NCBI GenBank assembly: GCA_027083115.1
Contig: JALWQN010000153.1
Location: forward strand, 1 to 35,644
Length of the DNA stretch: 35,644 nt
Direction of reading: 5' to 3'
From: Desulfurococcales archaeon
GTDB lineage: Archaea > Thermoproteota > Thermoprotei_A > Sulfolobales > NBVN01
Shown: positions 1 through 9,229 of the stretch, piece by piece
Position numbering within the stretch: the stretch's first letter is position 1
How the letters are laid out: each line of letters opens with the position of its first letter
The notes under the pieces: model-generated
Told to the model about the DNA's origin: nothing
The model's input: only the letters and a program-made list of their open reading frames with translations
Database searches by the model: none
Program-made: the position numbers and the translations under genes

Positions 1-381
1 GAAGCTCAATATCTGTTCATCCTTAAAGGCACTCTCATCAAGAATTATGCCCTTTCTCTCCTCGTATTCCACCCCTTCGAAAGGATAGACGATAACAAAG
101 TCGCCCTCCTTTATGTTCTTGAGGCAAATATAGCCCACTGGCGTTAAAACAGGGTGGTCCTCGCTCCCCTCAATAACCCTTCCGCTCTCCGTTGTTATCC
201 TAACGGCCATCTCACCATCTTCCACTTCCCTCTCCGCAATGAAAGCAACATTGGAGGCATCATTGTGCCCTTCATCTAGGTTGTAGACCTTCAAATTAAG
301 GAGTTTGAACTTCTGCGGAAGCTCCTTAACTTCTACCCAATATCCATGATCTGTGAGAACTCTAGTGTCTGGAGCGAGGCA
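1..381 (-). mobile_element. Intein (N-terminal part) inserted in RtcB after residue 100
   Basis: After GYDIN the sequence reads [13 protein letters not shown] (block A) and later [20 protein letters not shown] (block B), instead of the RtcB continuation CGVR. Confidence 0.93.
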
Positions 382-681
382 ATTTATATCGTAGCCAACA
401 CCGCCAGGAGAAATTATCCCTTCGTCAGCTGATGTTGCTGCAACTCCCCCTATTGGGAACCCGTATCCTTGGTGACCGTCCGGCATTACGTATGATGCTC
501 TTACAACCCCAGGTAAGCAGGCAATATTTGCTCCCTGCACTAACGTGAGGTCTTCTTTCATTCTGTTTAGTAGCTCATTATCTGCGTAAATAATGGTGGG
601 GACCTTCATACACTTTATTGTGCCTTTAGGTATTTCCCACGTATATTCATCTATCTTTTCTAATTTTATTGAGGAACTCAT
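1..681 (-). CDS. rtcB: RtcB tRNA-splicing ligase, intein-containing, truncated by the window edge
   Basis: Manual translation from ATG at 681: [19 protein letters not shown]...[18 protein letters not shown]...[11 protein letters not shown]|[10 protein letters not shown]... RtcB motifs [13 protein letters not shown] and GGVGYDIN are present, and the frame stays open to base 1. Confidence 0.96.
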   Translation of the reverse strand, partial: MSSSIKLEKIDEYTWEIPKGTIKCMKVPTIIYADNELLNRMKEDLTLVQGANIACLPGVVRASYVMPDGHQGYGFPIGGVAATSADEGIISPGGVGYDINCLAPDTRVLTDHGYWVEVKELPQKFKLLNLKVYNLDEGHNDASNVAFIAEREVEDGEMAVRITTESGRVIEGSEDHPVLTPVGYICLKNIKEGDFVIVYPFEGVEYEERKGIILDESAFKDEQILSF

Positions 682-699
682 GGCTTCTCGACCCTTTAG

Positions 700-760
700 T
701 GTTTAACGCTTTTATAATTAATAAGGTTAAGGAAAGTAAAGCTTATGAACTTATAAGTTC
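700..760. promoter_or_regulatory. Divergent promoter region between rtcB and rpl22
   Basis: AT-rich TATA-like elements (ttttataatta, aaagcttatg, cttataag) lie between divergent genes; exact boxes not resolved. Confidence 0.45.
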
Positions 761-797
761 CACCTAAAAAGGTCTAGGCAGAGGAAAGGTGATAGAT

Positions 798-1277
798 GTG
801 CCAGTATGGAGCTATTCGATTAAGATTGTTGATGAAGAGAGGACAGCTAAGGCTATGGCGTGGGATTCACCCATTTCGTTGAAGGAGGCTTATGAGATCT
901 TTAAGATAATTAGGGGGATGAAGCTTAAGGATGCTGAGAGGCTACTTGAGGACGTTATAAGTAAGAAGGTGCCCATACCTTTCGTCAGATACAAGTTGGG
1001 TATTGCCCACAAGAGAGGGCTCTCTGATAGGTTCCCCAGATGGAGAACACCAGTAGGCAGGTACCCCATTAAGGCAGCTAAAGAGGTCCTTAAGCTCTTA
1101 AAGAATGTAGAGAATAATGCCAGCAACAAGAATTTAGATGCGGATAGGTTACTGATTATTCATGCAGCAGCACACAAAGGAAGATACTTGAAGAGGTGGA
1201 TGCCTAGGGCCTTCGGCAGGTCAACACCAAGGATCCGGGCTACCGTCAATATGGAAGTTATTGTGCGGGAGGTGTGA
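798..1277 (+). CDS. rpl22: 50S ribosomal protein uL22
   Basis: GRYPIKAA and RWMPRAFGRSTP motifs. Start placed at GTG 798 downstream of SD AGGTGA (track start 789). Confidence 0.96.
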   Translation: MPVWSYSIKIVDEERTAKAMAWDSPISLKEAYEIFKIIRGMKLKDAERLLEDVISKKVPIPFVRYKLGIAHKRGLSDRFPRWRTPVGRYPIKAAKEVLKLLKNVENNASNKNLDADRLLIIHAAAHKGRYLKRWMPRAFGRSTPRIRATVNMEVIVREV

Positions 1278-1283
1278 TGAGTT

Positions 1284-1913
1284 ATGGTTGATATTAAAGC
1301 TCATTTTCTAGGCCTTAATTTGTTAAGAGTAAAGATAGACGAGTATTTAGCTAGGAACTTTATGAGGGCAGGTTACTCACGAGTCGAGTTAATCAAAACA
1401 CCTTTAGGGACAAGAGTGATTATTTATGCTGACCGGCCAGCACTAATAATTGGGCGCAGAGGCCAAACCATAAGGCAACTAACTGAGGTCTTAGAGAAGT
1501 ACTTTAAGTTAGAGAACCCTCAGGTCACTGTAACCCAGGTCGAGAACCCTGACCTGGATGCACGAATTGTTGCCACCAGAACTGCACTAGCTATTGAAAG
1601 AGGCTATCACTTTAGGAGAGCTGCTTTCGTTGCTTTAAGAAGGATAATGGCTGCGGGAGCTGTGGGTGCTGAAGTAGTTATAAGTGGGAAGCTAACTTCT
1701 GAAAGAGCTCGTTACGAGAAGCTGAAGGCAGGAAAGGTATACAAGACCGGTCATCATATAGAGAGATTAGTTGATAGGGCGGTTATTCATCTTCTAAGGA
1801 AACCAGGAATTTACGGGATTGAGGTAGTAATAGTTAAGCCCGGTGAGCCAGACGATATTGTGAGGATTAAGGAAGCTGGTGAATTAACTCAGGCTGGGGG
1901 TGAGGCTGCATGA
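1284..1913 (+). CDS. rps3: 30S ribosomal protein uS3
   Basis: KH domain IIGRRGQTIRQL and EVVISGKLTSERAR; operon position. Confidence 0.97.
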   Translation: MVDIKAHFLGLNLLRVKIDEYLARNFMRAGYSRVELIKTPLGTRVIIYADRPALIIGRRGQTIRQLTEVLEKYFKLENPQVTVTQVENPDLDARIVATRTALAIERGYHFRRAAFVALRRIMAAGAVGAEVVISGKLTSERARYEKLKAGKVYKTGHHIERLVDRAVIHLLRKPGIYGIEVVIVKPGEPDDIVRIKEAGELTQAGGEAA

Positions 1914-2119
1914 GTTTAAAACCTAAGGAAATAAGGAAGATGAGTAAGGAGGAAAAAATAAAGAAACTCAATGAGTTAAGGGCCGAATTAATTAAGCTAA
2001 GAACTCAAGCGTTTCTGGGTACACTCACTAATATAGGGAGAATAAAGATCACCAGGAAAAATATTGCTCGTCTATTAACAATCCTTAGGGAAGAAGAGCT
2101 TAAGTCCCAGAAGAAGTGA
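1910..2119 (+). CDS. rpl29: 50S ribosomal protein uL29
   Basis: LKPKEIRKMS...RKNIARLLTI; follows uS3. Confidence 0.95.
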   Translation: MSLKPKEIRKMSKEEKIKKLNELRAELIKLRTQAFLGTLTNIGRIKITRKNIARLLTILREEELKSQKK

Positions 2120-2125
2120 ACTCTA

Positions 2126-2401
2126 TTGAGACGTACTAAAATCAACTTACCTTACCATGAATTAATAGGGCTTGAGCTCAAGGTATTAAAGCATACTGAC
2201 CCCACACAAGAAGGCATAACTGGGGTAGTGATAGATGAAGCCAAAAAAGTGCTTAAAGTAAAAACTGCGTCCGGCAAAACCAAGGTAATTCCTAAGTTTG
2301 GTGGGGAATTCCTTTTTAAGCTTCAAAATAACCGGTCTGTAAGGGTGGATGGTTTGCGTTTATTAGGTAGACCTGAAGAGAGAGTTAAGAAGGTGAGGTG
2401 A
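2126..2401 (+). CDS. rnp1: RNase P protein component 1 (Rpp29/Pop4)
   Basis: HELIGL...GITGVVIDE...LLGRPEERVKK; conserved position between uL29 and uS17. Confidence 0.93.
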   Translation: MRRTKINLPYHELIGLELKVLKHTDPTQEGITGVVIDEAKKVLKVKTASGKTKVIPKFGGEFLFKLQNNRSVRVDGLRLLGRPEERVKKVR

Positions 2402-2772
2402 AGGACTCATTGAGTAGTGGTATAAATGATATCGGCATTAAGTACCCGGGCTTGAAGCCCCCGGAAAAAAGTTGCAATGATGAATACTGTCCGTGGCACG
2501 GGCACTTGAAGGTCAGGGGAGGACTTCTCGTGGGAAGAATCGTTAAGGCTAGAATGAAAGGTGCGGTTGTTGTTGAGAGAGAATACCTAGTTTACGTAGG
2601 TAAATACATGAGGTATGAAAGGAGGAGGTCTAGGATACATGCCCACCTTCCACCATGCATAGAAGCATCTGTGGGGGACACGGTATTGATTGGGGAAACA
2701 AGGCCTATCTCAAAATCGGTTTCATGGGTTGTATTAGGAGTTTTGAGACGTGGGGTGAGCGAGAATGCCTGA
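2398..2772 (+). CDS. rps17: 30S ribosomal protein uS17
   Basis: [23 protein letters not shown] and ETRPISKS motifs; the start may be TTG 2410. Confidence 0.96.
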   Translation: MKDSLSSGINDIGIKYPGLKPPEKSCNDEYCPWHGHLKVRGGLLVGRIVKARMKGAVVVEREYLVYVGKYMRYERRRSRIHAHLPPCIEASVGDTVLIGETRPISKSVSWVVLGVLRRGVSENA

Positions 2773-3184
2773 GAAGAAAGGCGGAGCAGCATTCAGCAGG
2801 GTTAAGCGAGTTGCTGGCGTTACAGTAGGCACAAGACTTAAGGTAACAGATAATAGTGGTGCTAAGGAAGCTATGGTAATAGGTGTTCCAGGAGTTAAGA
2901 CAAGGTTGAGAAGGCTTTCTTCCGCTACGATAGGAGATATGGTTGTTGTCACTATAAAGAAAGGAAACGCTGACTTAGTCGGCCAAGTTATGACCGCAGT
3001 AGTTGTTAGGCAAAAGAAACCTTTCCGAAGACCTGATGGTACTTGGGTTGCCTTTGAAGATAACGCATGCGTGATAGTAACACCAGATGGCGCACCTAAG
3101 GGTACAGAAATCAGAGGACCAATAGCGAAGGAAGCCGCCGAAAGATGGAATAGGTTGTCCTCCATAGCCTCCATAGTTATCTGA
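2765..3184 (+). CDS. rpl14: 50S ribosomal protein uL14
   Basis: [16 protein letters not shown] and [13 protein letters not shown] motifs. Confidence 0.97.
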   Translation: MPEKKGGAAFSRVKRVAGVTVGTRLKVTDNSGAKEAMVIGVPGVKTRLRRLSSATIGDMVVVTIKKGNADLVGQVMTAVVVRQKKPFRRPDGTWVAFEDNACVIVTPDGAPKGTEIRGPIAKEAAERWNRLSSIASIVI

Positions 3185-3194
3185 GGTGAGTGAT

Positions 3195-3677
3195 ATGGCA
3201 GTAAAGTCGAGGAAACCAAGTAAGCAGAGGAAAGCTATTGCTGATGCCCCATTACATATTAGGAAAAAATTTCTTTCAGCTCCCCTTTCGCCTGACCTTA
3301 TTGCAAAGTATGGAGTTAAGAGATTAACTGTCAGAAAAGGTGATACTGTCAGGATAATGAGGGGTGAGTGGAGAGGTCATGAAGGAAAGGTTGTTTCAGT
3401 TGATTACGGGAAAATAGCTGTCCATATTGATGGAGTGACTGTAAAGAAAGCCGATGGAACGCCTGTCTACTACCCAGTGCATCCCTCAAACGTAACGATA
3501 ATCAATTTGAACCTGAGTGATAAAGCAAGAAGAAAAATTATGGAGAGAAGATCAGGTAAGGAAGTGATTATTGAGGAGGAAACTAATGTAGAGGCTCCTG
3601 AAGAAGAGGAGAGTGAGGAGGGGGAGAAAAATGAAGAAGTTAATAAGGAGGAGAGTAATTCGGAGGAGGTGAGTTAA
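3195..3677 (+). CDS. rpl24: 50S ribosomal protein uL24 with acidic C-terminal tail
   Basis: KPSKQRK, KOW motif VRKGDTVRIMRG, PVHPSNV; ATG 3195 follows SD GAGGTGA. Confidence 0.96.
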   Translation: MAVKSRKPSKQRKAIADAPLHIRKKFLSAPLSPDLIAKYGVKRLTVRKGDTVRIMRGEWRGHEGKVVSVDYGKIAVHIDGVTVKKADGTPVYYPVHPSNVTIINLNLSDKARRKIMERRSGKEVIIEEETNVEAPEEEESEEGEKNEEVNKEESNSEEVS

Positions 3678-3678
3678 G

Positions 3679-4437
3679 ATGGCAAGGATGGGTAGTAGTA
3701 AGCACCTCAAGAGACTGGCAGCACCTAATTTCTGGCCTATCCTTAGAAAAGAAGCTAAATGGGTTGTTAGAACTAGTCCAGGTCCGCATAGGAAAGGTGC
3801 TTCACTTCCCTTACTCTTACTTGTTAGGGAGTTACTGCATGTGGCGGAAACTAATGCCGAAGCAAGGAAAGTTATTGCTGAAGGACACATAAGGGTTGAT
3901 GGGGTGGTAAGGAAAGACTATAAATTTCCTGTAGGTTTTATGGACGTTATAGAAATTGTCGACACTGGGGAACTATTTAGGGCCATACCTGTACCTGTAA
4001 GAGTGCTTGGTCTCGTACCAATACCTCCGGAAGAAGCTACCTATAAGGTACTCAGGATAGAGAATAAAACGACTGTTAAGGGCGGCCATATACAACTCAA
4101 TCTCTATGATTGTAGAAACATCCTTGTGAGGGTTGAAAACCCTGAATCACCTGAGGAAGATACGTACAGAACAATGTCTTCCGTGAAGATTAAAATACCT
4201 GAGAATGAATTACTTGATTACTTTCCTTTAGAGAATGGAGTTCCAGTAATAGTTATTGGTGGCAGGAACGTAGGTAAGGTAGCTAAAGTTGTTTCCATAG
4301 CGGAGGGCATGAGGCACTACAGAAAATTAGTTACTTTAGAGGACTTCCACGGCAATAAGTTCTATACAACCCTAGACAAAATAATGGTGATAGGTAAGGA
4401 AAAGCCTGAAATAACTCTGCCGGAGGGTGCAGTATGA
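3679..4437 (+). CDS. rps4e: 30S ribosomal protein eS4
   Basis: HLKRLAAP, PGPH, VDGVVRKDYKFPVGFMDVI motifs. Confidence 0.97.
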   Translation: MARMGSSKHLKRLAAPNFWPILRKEAKWVVRTSPGPHRKGASLPLLLLVRELLHVAETNAEARKVIAEGHIRVDGVVRKDYKFPVGFMDVIEIVDTGELFRAIPVPVRVLGLVPIPPEEATYKVLRIENKTTVKGGHIQLNLYDCRNILVRVENPESPEEDTYRTMSSVKIKIPENELLDYFPLENGVPVIVIGGRNVGKVAKVVSIAEGMRHYRKLVTLEDFHGNKFYTTLDKIMVIGKEKPEITLPEGAV

Positions 4438-5006
4438 AGCAGACTGCTGTCTTCGAGTTAAGGGATGAAGTGATGGAAGATATAGTGAAGAAGTGGGGAA
4501 GTAATCCCATGTTAAAGCCGAGAATTAGTAAGGTAGTTGTTAATATGGGTATTGGAGAATCTGGTGAAAGACTCAGGAAAGCTGAGAAACTACTTCAGGA
4601 GCTAACTGGACAAAAACCCTCAGTAAGGAAAGCTAAAAGAACAATCAGAAATTTCGGTATAAGGAAAGGTGAACCTATCGCAGTTATGGTTACGTTAAGG
4701 AGAGAGAAAGCCCTTAACTTCCTCAAGAGGGCCTTAGAAGCTATAGGTTACAAGATAAAGTACTCAAGCTTTGACAACTACGGTAATGTGTCCTTCGGTA
4801 TAGCTGAACACATTATGTTGCCTGGAGTGAAATATGACCCTAATGTAGGTGTTTTCGGCATGGATGTCTCTATATCGCTAGAAAGGCCAGGATATAGAGT
4901 TATGAAGAGAAGGATCAAGCGCTCATCAATACCGCAGAGACACAGAATATCTAGGGATGAGGCAGCTACCTTCTTTATTAAAGAACTTGGTGTTAAGGTG
5001 ATGTAG
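4434..5006 (+). CDS. rpl5: 50S ribosomal protein uL5
   Basis: [31 protein letters not shown] and [11 protein letters not shown] motifs. Confidence 0.97.
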   Translation: MKQTAVFELRDEVMEDIVKKWGSNPMLKPRISKVVVNMGIGESGERLRKAEKLLQELTGQKPSVRKAKRTIRNFGIRKGEPIAVMVTLRREKALNFLKRALEAIGYKIKYSSFDNYGNVSFGIAEHIMLPGVKYDPNVGVFGMDVSISLERPGYRVMKRRIKRSSIPQRHRISRDEAATFFIKELGVKVM

Positions 5007-5007
5007 T

Positions 5008-5172
5008 TTGGGAAAGTACAGAACACAGTTGAACAGGAAGTATGGTAGGGGTGTGCAGGTCTGCCAGAGATGCGGTAGTAGGGATGCTGTAATACGCAAG
5101 TACGGAATATACTTGTGTAGGCAATGCTTTAGGGAGGTAGCTAGGGAACTAGGATTCAGGAAATATAGCTGA
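5008..5172 (+). CDS. rps14: 30S ribosomal protein uS14 (Zn-binding), 54 aa, not in ORF track
   Basis: TTG start; (M)[53 protein letters not shown]. Confidence 0.95.
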   Translation: MGKYRTQLNRKYGRGVQVCQRCGSRDAVIRKYGIYLCRQCFREVARELGFRKYS

Positions 5173-5183
5173 GGTGATTAGAG

Positions 5184-5585
5184 ATGGTTGTTATAGATCC
5201 TTTAGCTAATGCACTATCCACAATAATGAACAATGAGATGAGAGGGCGTAAGGAGGCTGTAGTCACGCCAGCATCAAAACTAACAGCGATGGTCCTAAGA
5301 GTCATGCAAAAGTATGGTTATGTAGGAGAGTTCGAGCATATTGATGATGGACGCTGGGGCAAAATAAAAATTCAGTTACTTGGAAGAATAAATAGAGTAG
5401 GCGTCATTAAACCGAGAACCCCAATAAAATATAGTGAGTTACGGCAAATGCCTCAATGGTTAAGGAAGTATCTTCCCTCAAGAGACATAGGGATCCTCAT
5501 AATCTCCACATCAGAGGGTGTCTTATCTCATTATGAAGTCCTAGATAAGAGGATTGGTGGGGTTTTACTAGCCTACGTATACTGA
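5184..5585 (+). CDS. rps8: 30S ribosomal protein uS8
   Basis: [27 protein letters not shown]...[10 protein letters not shown]. Confidence 0.97.
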   Translation: MVVIDPLANALSTIMNNEMRGRKEAVVTPASKLTAMVLRVMQKYGYVGEFEHIDDGRWGKIKIQLLGRINRVGVIKPRTPIKYSELRQMPQWLRKYLPSRDIGILIISTSEGVLSHYEVLDKRIGGVLLAYVY

Positions 5586-5597
5586 GGTGAATTCGCG

Positions 5598-6146
5598 ATG
5601 AAGGAAGTTAAAGCGCTGGATAAGATCCGTATACCGGAGGGTGTCTCTGTTGAGGTTAAGGATAAGGTAGTTAAAGTTAGTGGACCTAAAGGCGAAATCA
5701 CTAGGGACTTTAGTCACGCCAAAAAAGTAAGGATTAGTGTTAAGGGCAATGAGGTTATTGTCGAAGGGTACTTCCTACGTAAGAAGGAGGTAGCTGTAGT
5801 TTACTCAGTAGCAGCACACATTCGCAACATGATTACCGGGGTAACTAAAGGCTACAGATACTGGCTCAAAATAATTTATTCTCACTTCCCTATAACGGTT
5901 AAGGTCGAGGACGGTAAAGTACTGATAATTAACTTTTTGGGTGAAAAATCACCTAGGGTTGCTAAGATCGTTGGTGATGCTAAAGTAAAAGTACAGAGAA
6001 GCGATATTGTTGTTGAAGGAATAAATATTGAGGATGTTGGTCAAACAGCAGCCAACATAGAGCAAGCAACTAAAATTACGGGATTCGATAGGAGGGTATT
6101 TGTGGATGGTATATACATCTATAAGAAGGAGTATATAGAAGGGTGA
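5598..6146 (+). CDS. rpl6: 50S ribosomal protein uL6
   Basis: NMITGVTKG, YSHFP, NFLGEK and DRRVFVDGIYI motifs. Confidence 0.97.
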   Translation: MKEVKALDKIRIPEGVSVEVKDKVVKVSGPKGEITRDFSHAKKVRISVKGNEVIVEGYFLRKKEVAVVYSVAAHIRNMITGVTKGYRYWLKIIYSHFPITVKVEDGKVLIINFLGEKSPRVAKIVGDAKVKVQRSDIVVEGINIEDVGQTAANIEQATKITGFDRRVFVDGIYIYKKEYIEG

Positions 6147-6151
6147 TGTGA

Positions 6152-6541
6152 GTGAAAGAAGCTGTTCGTGATGTCAGGAAACTAATTGAGGGTAAGAGAA
6201 GAATAAAGTTCCTCAGGAATAAGTGGTGGAAATTCCCTAAGTTCAGGAATGACCCTAAATGGAGAAAGCCTAAAGGGAACGACAACCCTATGAGGCTAAA
6301 ACTTAAGGGCCAACCCCCAGTTGTTTCCGTTGGTTACAGAACACCTAAAGCTGTCAGAGGCCTGCATCCTTCAGGTCTGAGGCCAGCAGTTATTCATTCA
6401 GCTAAGGAGCTGAAGGAACTAAATCCAGCTGAAGTAATAATTTACGTAGGGGGCAGTGTGGGTGCGCGGAAGAAGAAGGAATTAATTATTAAGGCCCGAG
6501 AACTCGGGTTTACAGTAGCTAATGGGGGTGCTGGTGTTTGA
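6152..6541 (+). CDS. rpl32e: 50S ribosomal protein eL32
   Basis: WRKPKGNDNPMR and GYRTPKAVRGLHPSG motifs. Confidence 0.96.
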   Translation: MKEAVRDVRKLIEGKRRIKFLRNKWWKFPKFRNDPKWRKPKGNDNPMRLKLKGQPPVVSVGYRTPKAVRGLHPSGLRPAVIHSAKELKELNPAEVIIYVGGSVGARKKKELIIKARELGFTVANGGAGV

Positions 6542-6990
6542 CAGATTTAAGCATGCAGAAAAGATTGGCTGCCGAGATTTTAGGTGTCGGCGTTTCGAGA
6601 ATTAGGATAGACCCTGAAAGCTGGGATGAGGTAGAGTCCGCCTTAAGAAGGGAAGACATAAAGAGGTTAATTAAGGACGGAATTATTTGGGTTGAGCCCT
6701 CTCGCAGAAACTCTAGAGGGAGATGGAAATTACTTCATGCGAAAAGGAAGAGAGGCCATAGAAGAGGTCCAGGAAGACGCAAGGGAGCTAAAGGAGCCAG
6801 GCAGGACGAAGACATGCTTTGGGTCTACACCATAAGGAAAGTTAGAAGATACCTTAAGTGGTTAAGGGATCATGAGGTAATCGATAGGAAAACTTACAGG
6901 AGGCTTTACCTGCTGGCTAAGGGAGGAGTGTTCAGAAGTCTTTCAGACCTTAAGCGTCATTTAACGGATATGGGTATTAAGGTGAGGTAG
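6538..6990 (+). CDS. rpl19e: 50S ribosomal protein eL19
   Basis: [19 protein letters not shown] and [11 protein letters not shown] motifs. Confidence 0.97.
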   Translation: MTDLSMQKRLAAEILGVGVSRIRIDPESWDEVESALRREDIKRLIKDGIIWVEPSRRNSRGRWKLLHAKRKRGHRRGPGRRKGAKGARQDEDMLWVYTIRKVRRYLKWLRDHEVIDRKTYRRLYLLAKGGVFRSLSDLKRHLTDMGIKVR

Positions 6991-6991
6991 T

Positions 6992-7594
6992 ATGGGACGT
7001 GGTCCAAGATATAAGGTGCCTCGTAAGAGGCGAAGGGAAGGTAAAACAAACTACTATAAGCGCTACAGGACGATCATATCTGGACAGAAAATTAGGGCAG
7101 TAGTTAGGAAAACTCTAAACAACATTACTGTACAAGTAATCGAGTTCAATGCTCATGGAGACAAAACCATAGTCGCTGCCTCCAGTAGGGAGTTAGGGAA
7201 GTACGGATGGCTAGGCAACTTAAGGAACACTCCCTCAGCATACTTAACAGGCCTCTTAGCTGGGCTAAAAGCTAAGGCCGAAGGCATAAATTACGCAGTC
7301 CCTGATATAGGGCTTCACGCCTCAGTTAGGGGTTCCTTAATTTATGCGGCCATTAAAGGCTTGAAGGATGCTGGCGTTAATGTGCCAGCTTCGGAGGATG
7401 TTTTTCCTTCAGAAGAGAGAATTAAGGGGGCACATATTGCTTCCTACGCATCTACTCTCGCTAAGGAAAACCCAGAAAAATACAGAAGGCAGTTCTCAAG
7501 AATTATTTCTCGGGATCTTCGGCCTGAGGACCTCCCCGCACATTTTCAGGAAGTTAAGGCTAAGATATTAAAGACCTTTGAAAGAGGTAGTTAA
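6992..7594 (+). CDS. rpl18: 50S ribosomal protein uL18
   Basis: [12 protein letters not shown] and [11 protein letters not shown] motifs. Confidence 0.97.
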   Translation: MGRGPRYKVPRKRRREGKTNYYKRYRTIISGQKIRAVVRKTLNNITVQVIEFNAHGDKTIVAASSRELGKYGWLGNLRNTPSAYLTGLLAGLKAKAEGINYAVPDIGLHASVRGSLIYAAIKGLKDAGVNVPASEDVFPSEERIKGAHIASYASTLAKENPEKYRRQFSRIISRDLRPEDLPAHFQEVKAKILKTFERGS

Positions 7595-7596
7595 GA

Positions 7597-8232
7597 ATGG
7601 CAGCTCAACAACAATTGCTTGAAGAGTGGGTTCCTAAAACACGGCTTGGGTGGATGGTTAAGGAAGGTAAAATCAGTAGCTTAAAGGAAATCTTTGACGG
7701 TAACTTAGTTATTCAGGAACCTGAAATAATTGATTACCTTCTTCCAGACCTGAAGCATGAGGTTGTTGATGTCAACATAGTTCAGAAACAGACAGATGCG
7801 GGAAGAATGACTAGGTTCAGGGTTTTGGTTGTTGTTGGTAACTTTGATGGATACGTAGGTATTGGGTTAGGTAAGGCGAAGCAATTGAGGCAAGCGATAA
7901 ATAAGGCAGTGAGGAACGCCAAGCTTAACATAATTCCTGTGCGGAGGGGATGCGGCAGTTGGGCATGCTCTTGTAATGAACCCCACAGTGTTCCATTCAC
8001 AGTTAGTGGTAAGTCGGGTAGTGTGAGGGTGAAATTAATTCCAGCACCTAAAGGCACCGGGCTTGTTGCTGGGGACGCTGCAAAAGTTGTGTTAAGGTAT
8101 GCAGGAATCAAGGATATCTGGACTTGGAGCAGGGGAGAGACAAGAACAACAATAAACTTTGTTGGAGCAGTATATAATGCCTTAAGAAACACCTACAAGT
8201 TCGTAACGGTTTATGACTGGTCTAGAAGGTGA
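7597..8232 (+). CDS. rps5: 30S ribosomal protein uS5
   Basis: [23 protein letters not shown] and [13 protein letters not shown] motifs. Confidence 0.97.
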   Translation: MAAQQQLLEEWVPKTRLGWMVKEGKISSLKEIFDGNLVIQEPEIIDYLLPDLKHEVVDVNIVQKQTDAGRMTRFRVLVVVGNFDGYVGIGLGKAKQLRQAINKAVRNAKLNIIPVRRGCGSWACSCNEPHSVPFTVSGKSGSVRVKLIPAPKGTGLVAGDAAKVVLRYAGIKDIWTWSRGETRTTINFVGAVYNALRNTYKFVTVYDWSRR

Positions 8233-8239
8233 GTTAGGA

Positions 8240-8710
8240 ATGGGTTTATTAGCAATCATTAGAATTAGAGGAACTGTTGATGTTCCCCCAAAAGTGATGA
8301 AAACTCTAGAAATGCTTAATTTAAGCAGAAAATTCACTGCAGTTATCTATCCAGATAACGAAACCATTAAGGGGATGCTGAATGTGGTGAAGGACTGGGT
8401 AACATGGGGCGAGGTAAATAAGGAAGTCTTGAAGGAATTAATCCTTAAGAGAGGCAGGCTCTGGGGGGAAAGAAAGGTTAGTGAAGAATCCATTAAAGAA
8501 ATTACAGGTAAGGAGATAGATGAACTCATTGATGAGTTATTTGCTGGCAACGTAGGCTGGCATAAACTATCGCCTAAAGTGAAGCCTGTTTTTAGATTAC
8601 ATCCTCCTAAAGGAGGCTTTAAGGGATCAATTAAAAAACCGTTTAAGTCTGGAGGTGAGCTCGGTTATAGGGGGTCTCGAATTAATGACCTCCTTAAAAG
8701 GATGATTTAG
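8240..8710 (+). CDS. rpl30: 50S ribosomal protein uL30 (archaeal long form)
   Basis: IIRIRG, FRLHPPKGGFK and GELGYRG motifs; ATG 8240 follows SD AGGTGA. Confidence 0.95.
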   Translation: MGLLAIIRIRGTVDVPPKVMKTLEMLNLSRKFTAVIYPDNETIKGMLNVVKDWVTWGEVNKEVLKELILKRGRLWGERKVSEESIKEITGKEIDELIDELFAGNVGWHKLSPKVKPVFRLHPPKGGFKGSIKKPFKSGGELGYRGSRINDLLKRMI

Positions 8711-8722
8711 TGGTGGTAATTG

Positions 8723-9187
8723 ATGGTCGTGAGAAGAAAGAAGAAGGTCAGGAAGCTCAGGGGATCAAGAACGCACTCTTGGGGTCAGGTAGGACAGCAT
8801 AGGAAGTCAGGAAGTAAGGGAGGTGTTGGCGCTGTCGGTTTTCAGAAGCATAAATGGACTTGGACAGTGAAGTATTTTCCCGACTGGTACGGTAAGCATG
8901 GCTTCACTAGAGCACCCGTAATAAGGATATCTACGAAAACCATTAACGTAGGTGAGCTTGATGAGTTAATTAAAGACATGAGTAGAAGAGGCGAATTAAA
9001 ACCTATGAGGAAAGTGTATCGTATTGATTTATCTGCCCTTGGCTATAACAAGCTATTAGGTAGAGGTAGTCTCTCAGTCCCTGTTAAGGTTAAGGTAGCA
9101 TTTGCTTCAGAGAAAGCCATCGAGAAAATTAAGGAGGCAGGTGGAGAAGTTACTCTCTTAAGTAAAGAGGGTGGAGAAACAGAATAA
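8723..9187 (+). CDS. rpl15: 50S ribosomal protein uL15
   Basis: RKLRGSRTHSWG, GKHGF, KLLGRG and AIEKIKEAGG motifs. Confidence 0.96.
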   Translation: MVVRRKKKVRKLRGSRTHSWGQVGQHRKSGSKGGVGAVGFQKHKWTWTVKYFPDWYGKHGFTRAPVIRISTKTINVGELDELIKDMSRRGELKPMRKVYRIDLSALGYNKLLGRGSLSVPVKVKVAFASEKAIEKIKEAGGEVTLLSKEGGETE

Positions 9188-9229
9188 CAAGCTTTTAATG
9201 AGTTAAGTTTATTCCTTTAGGGACCAGGT

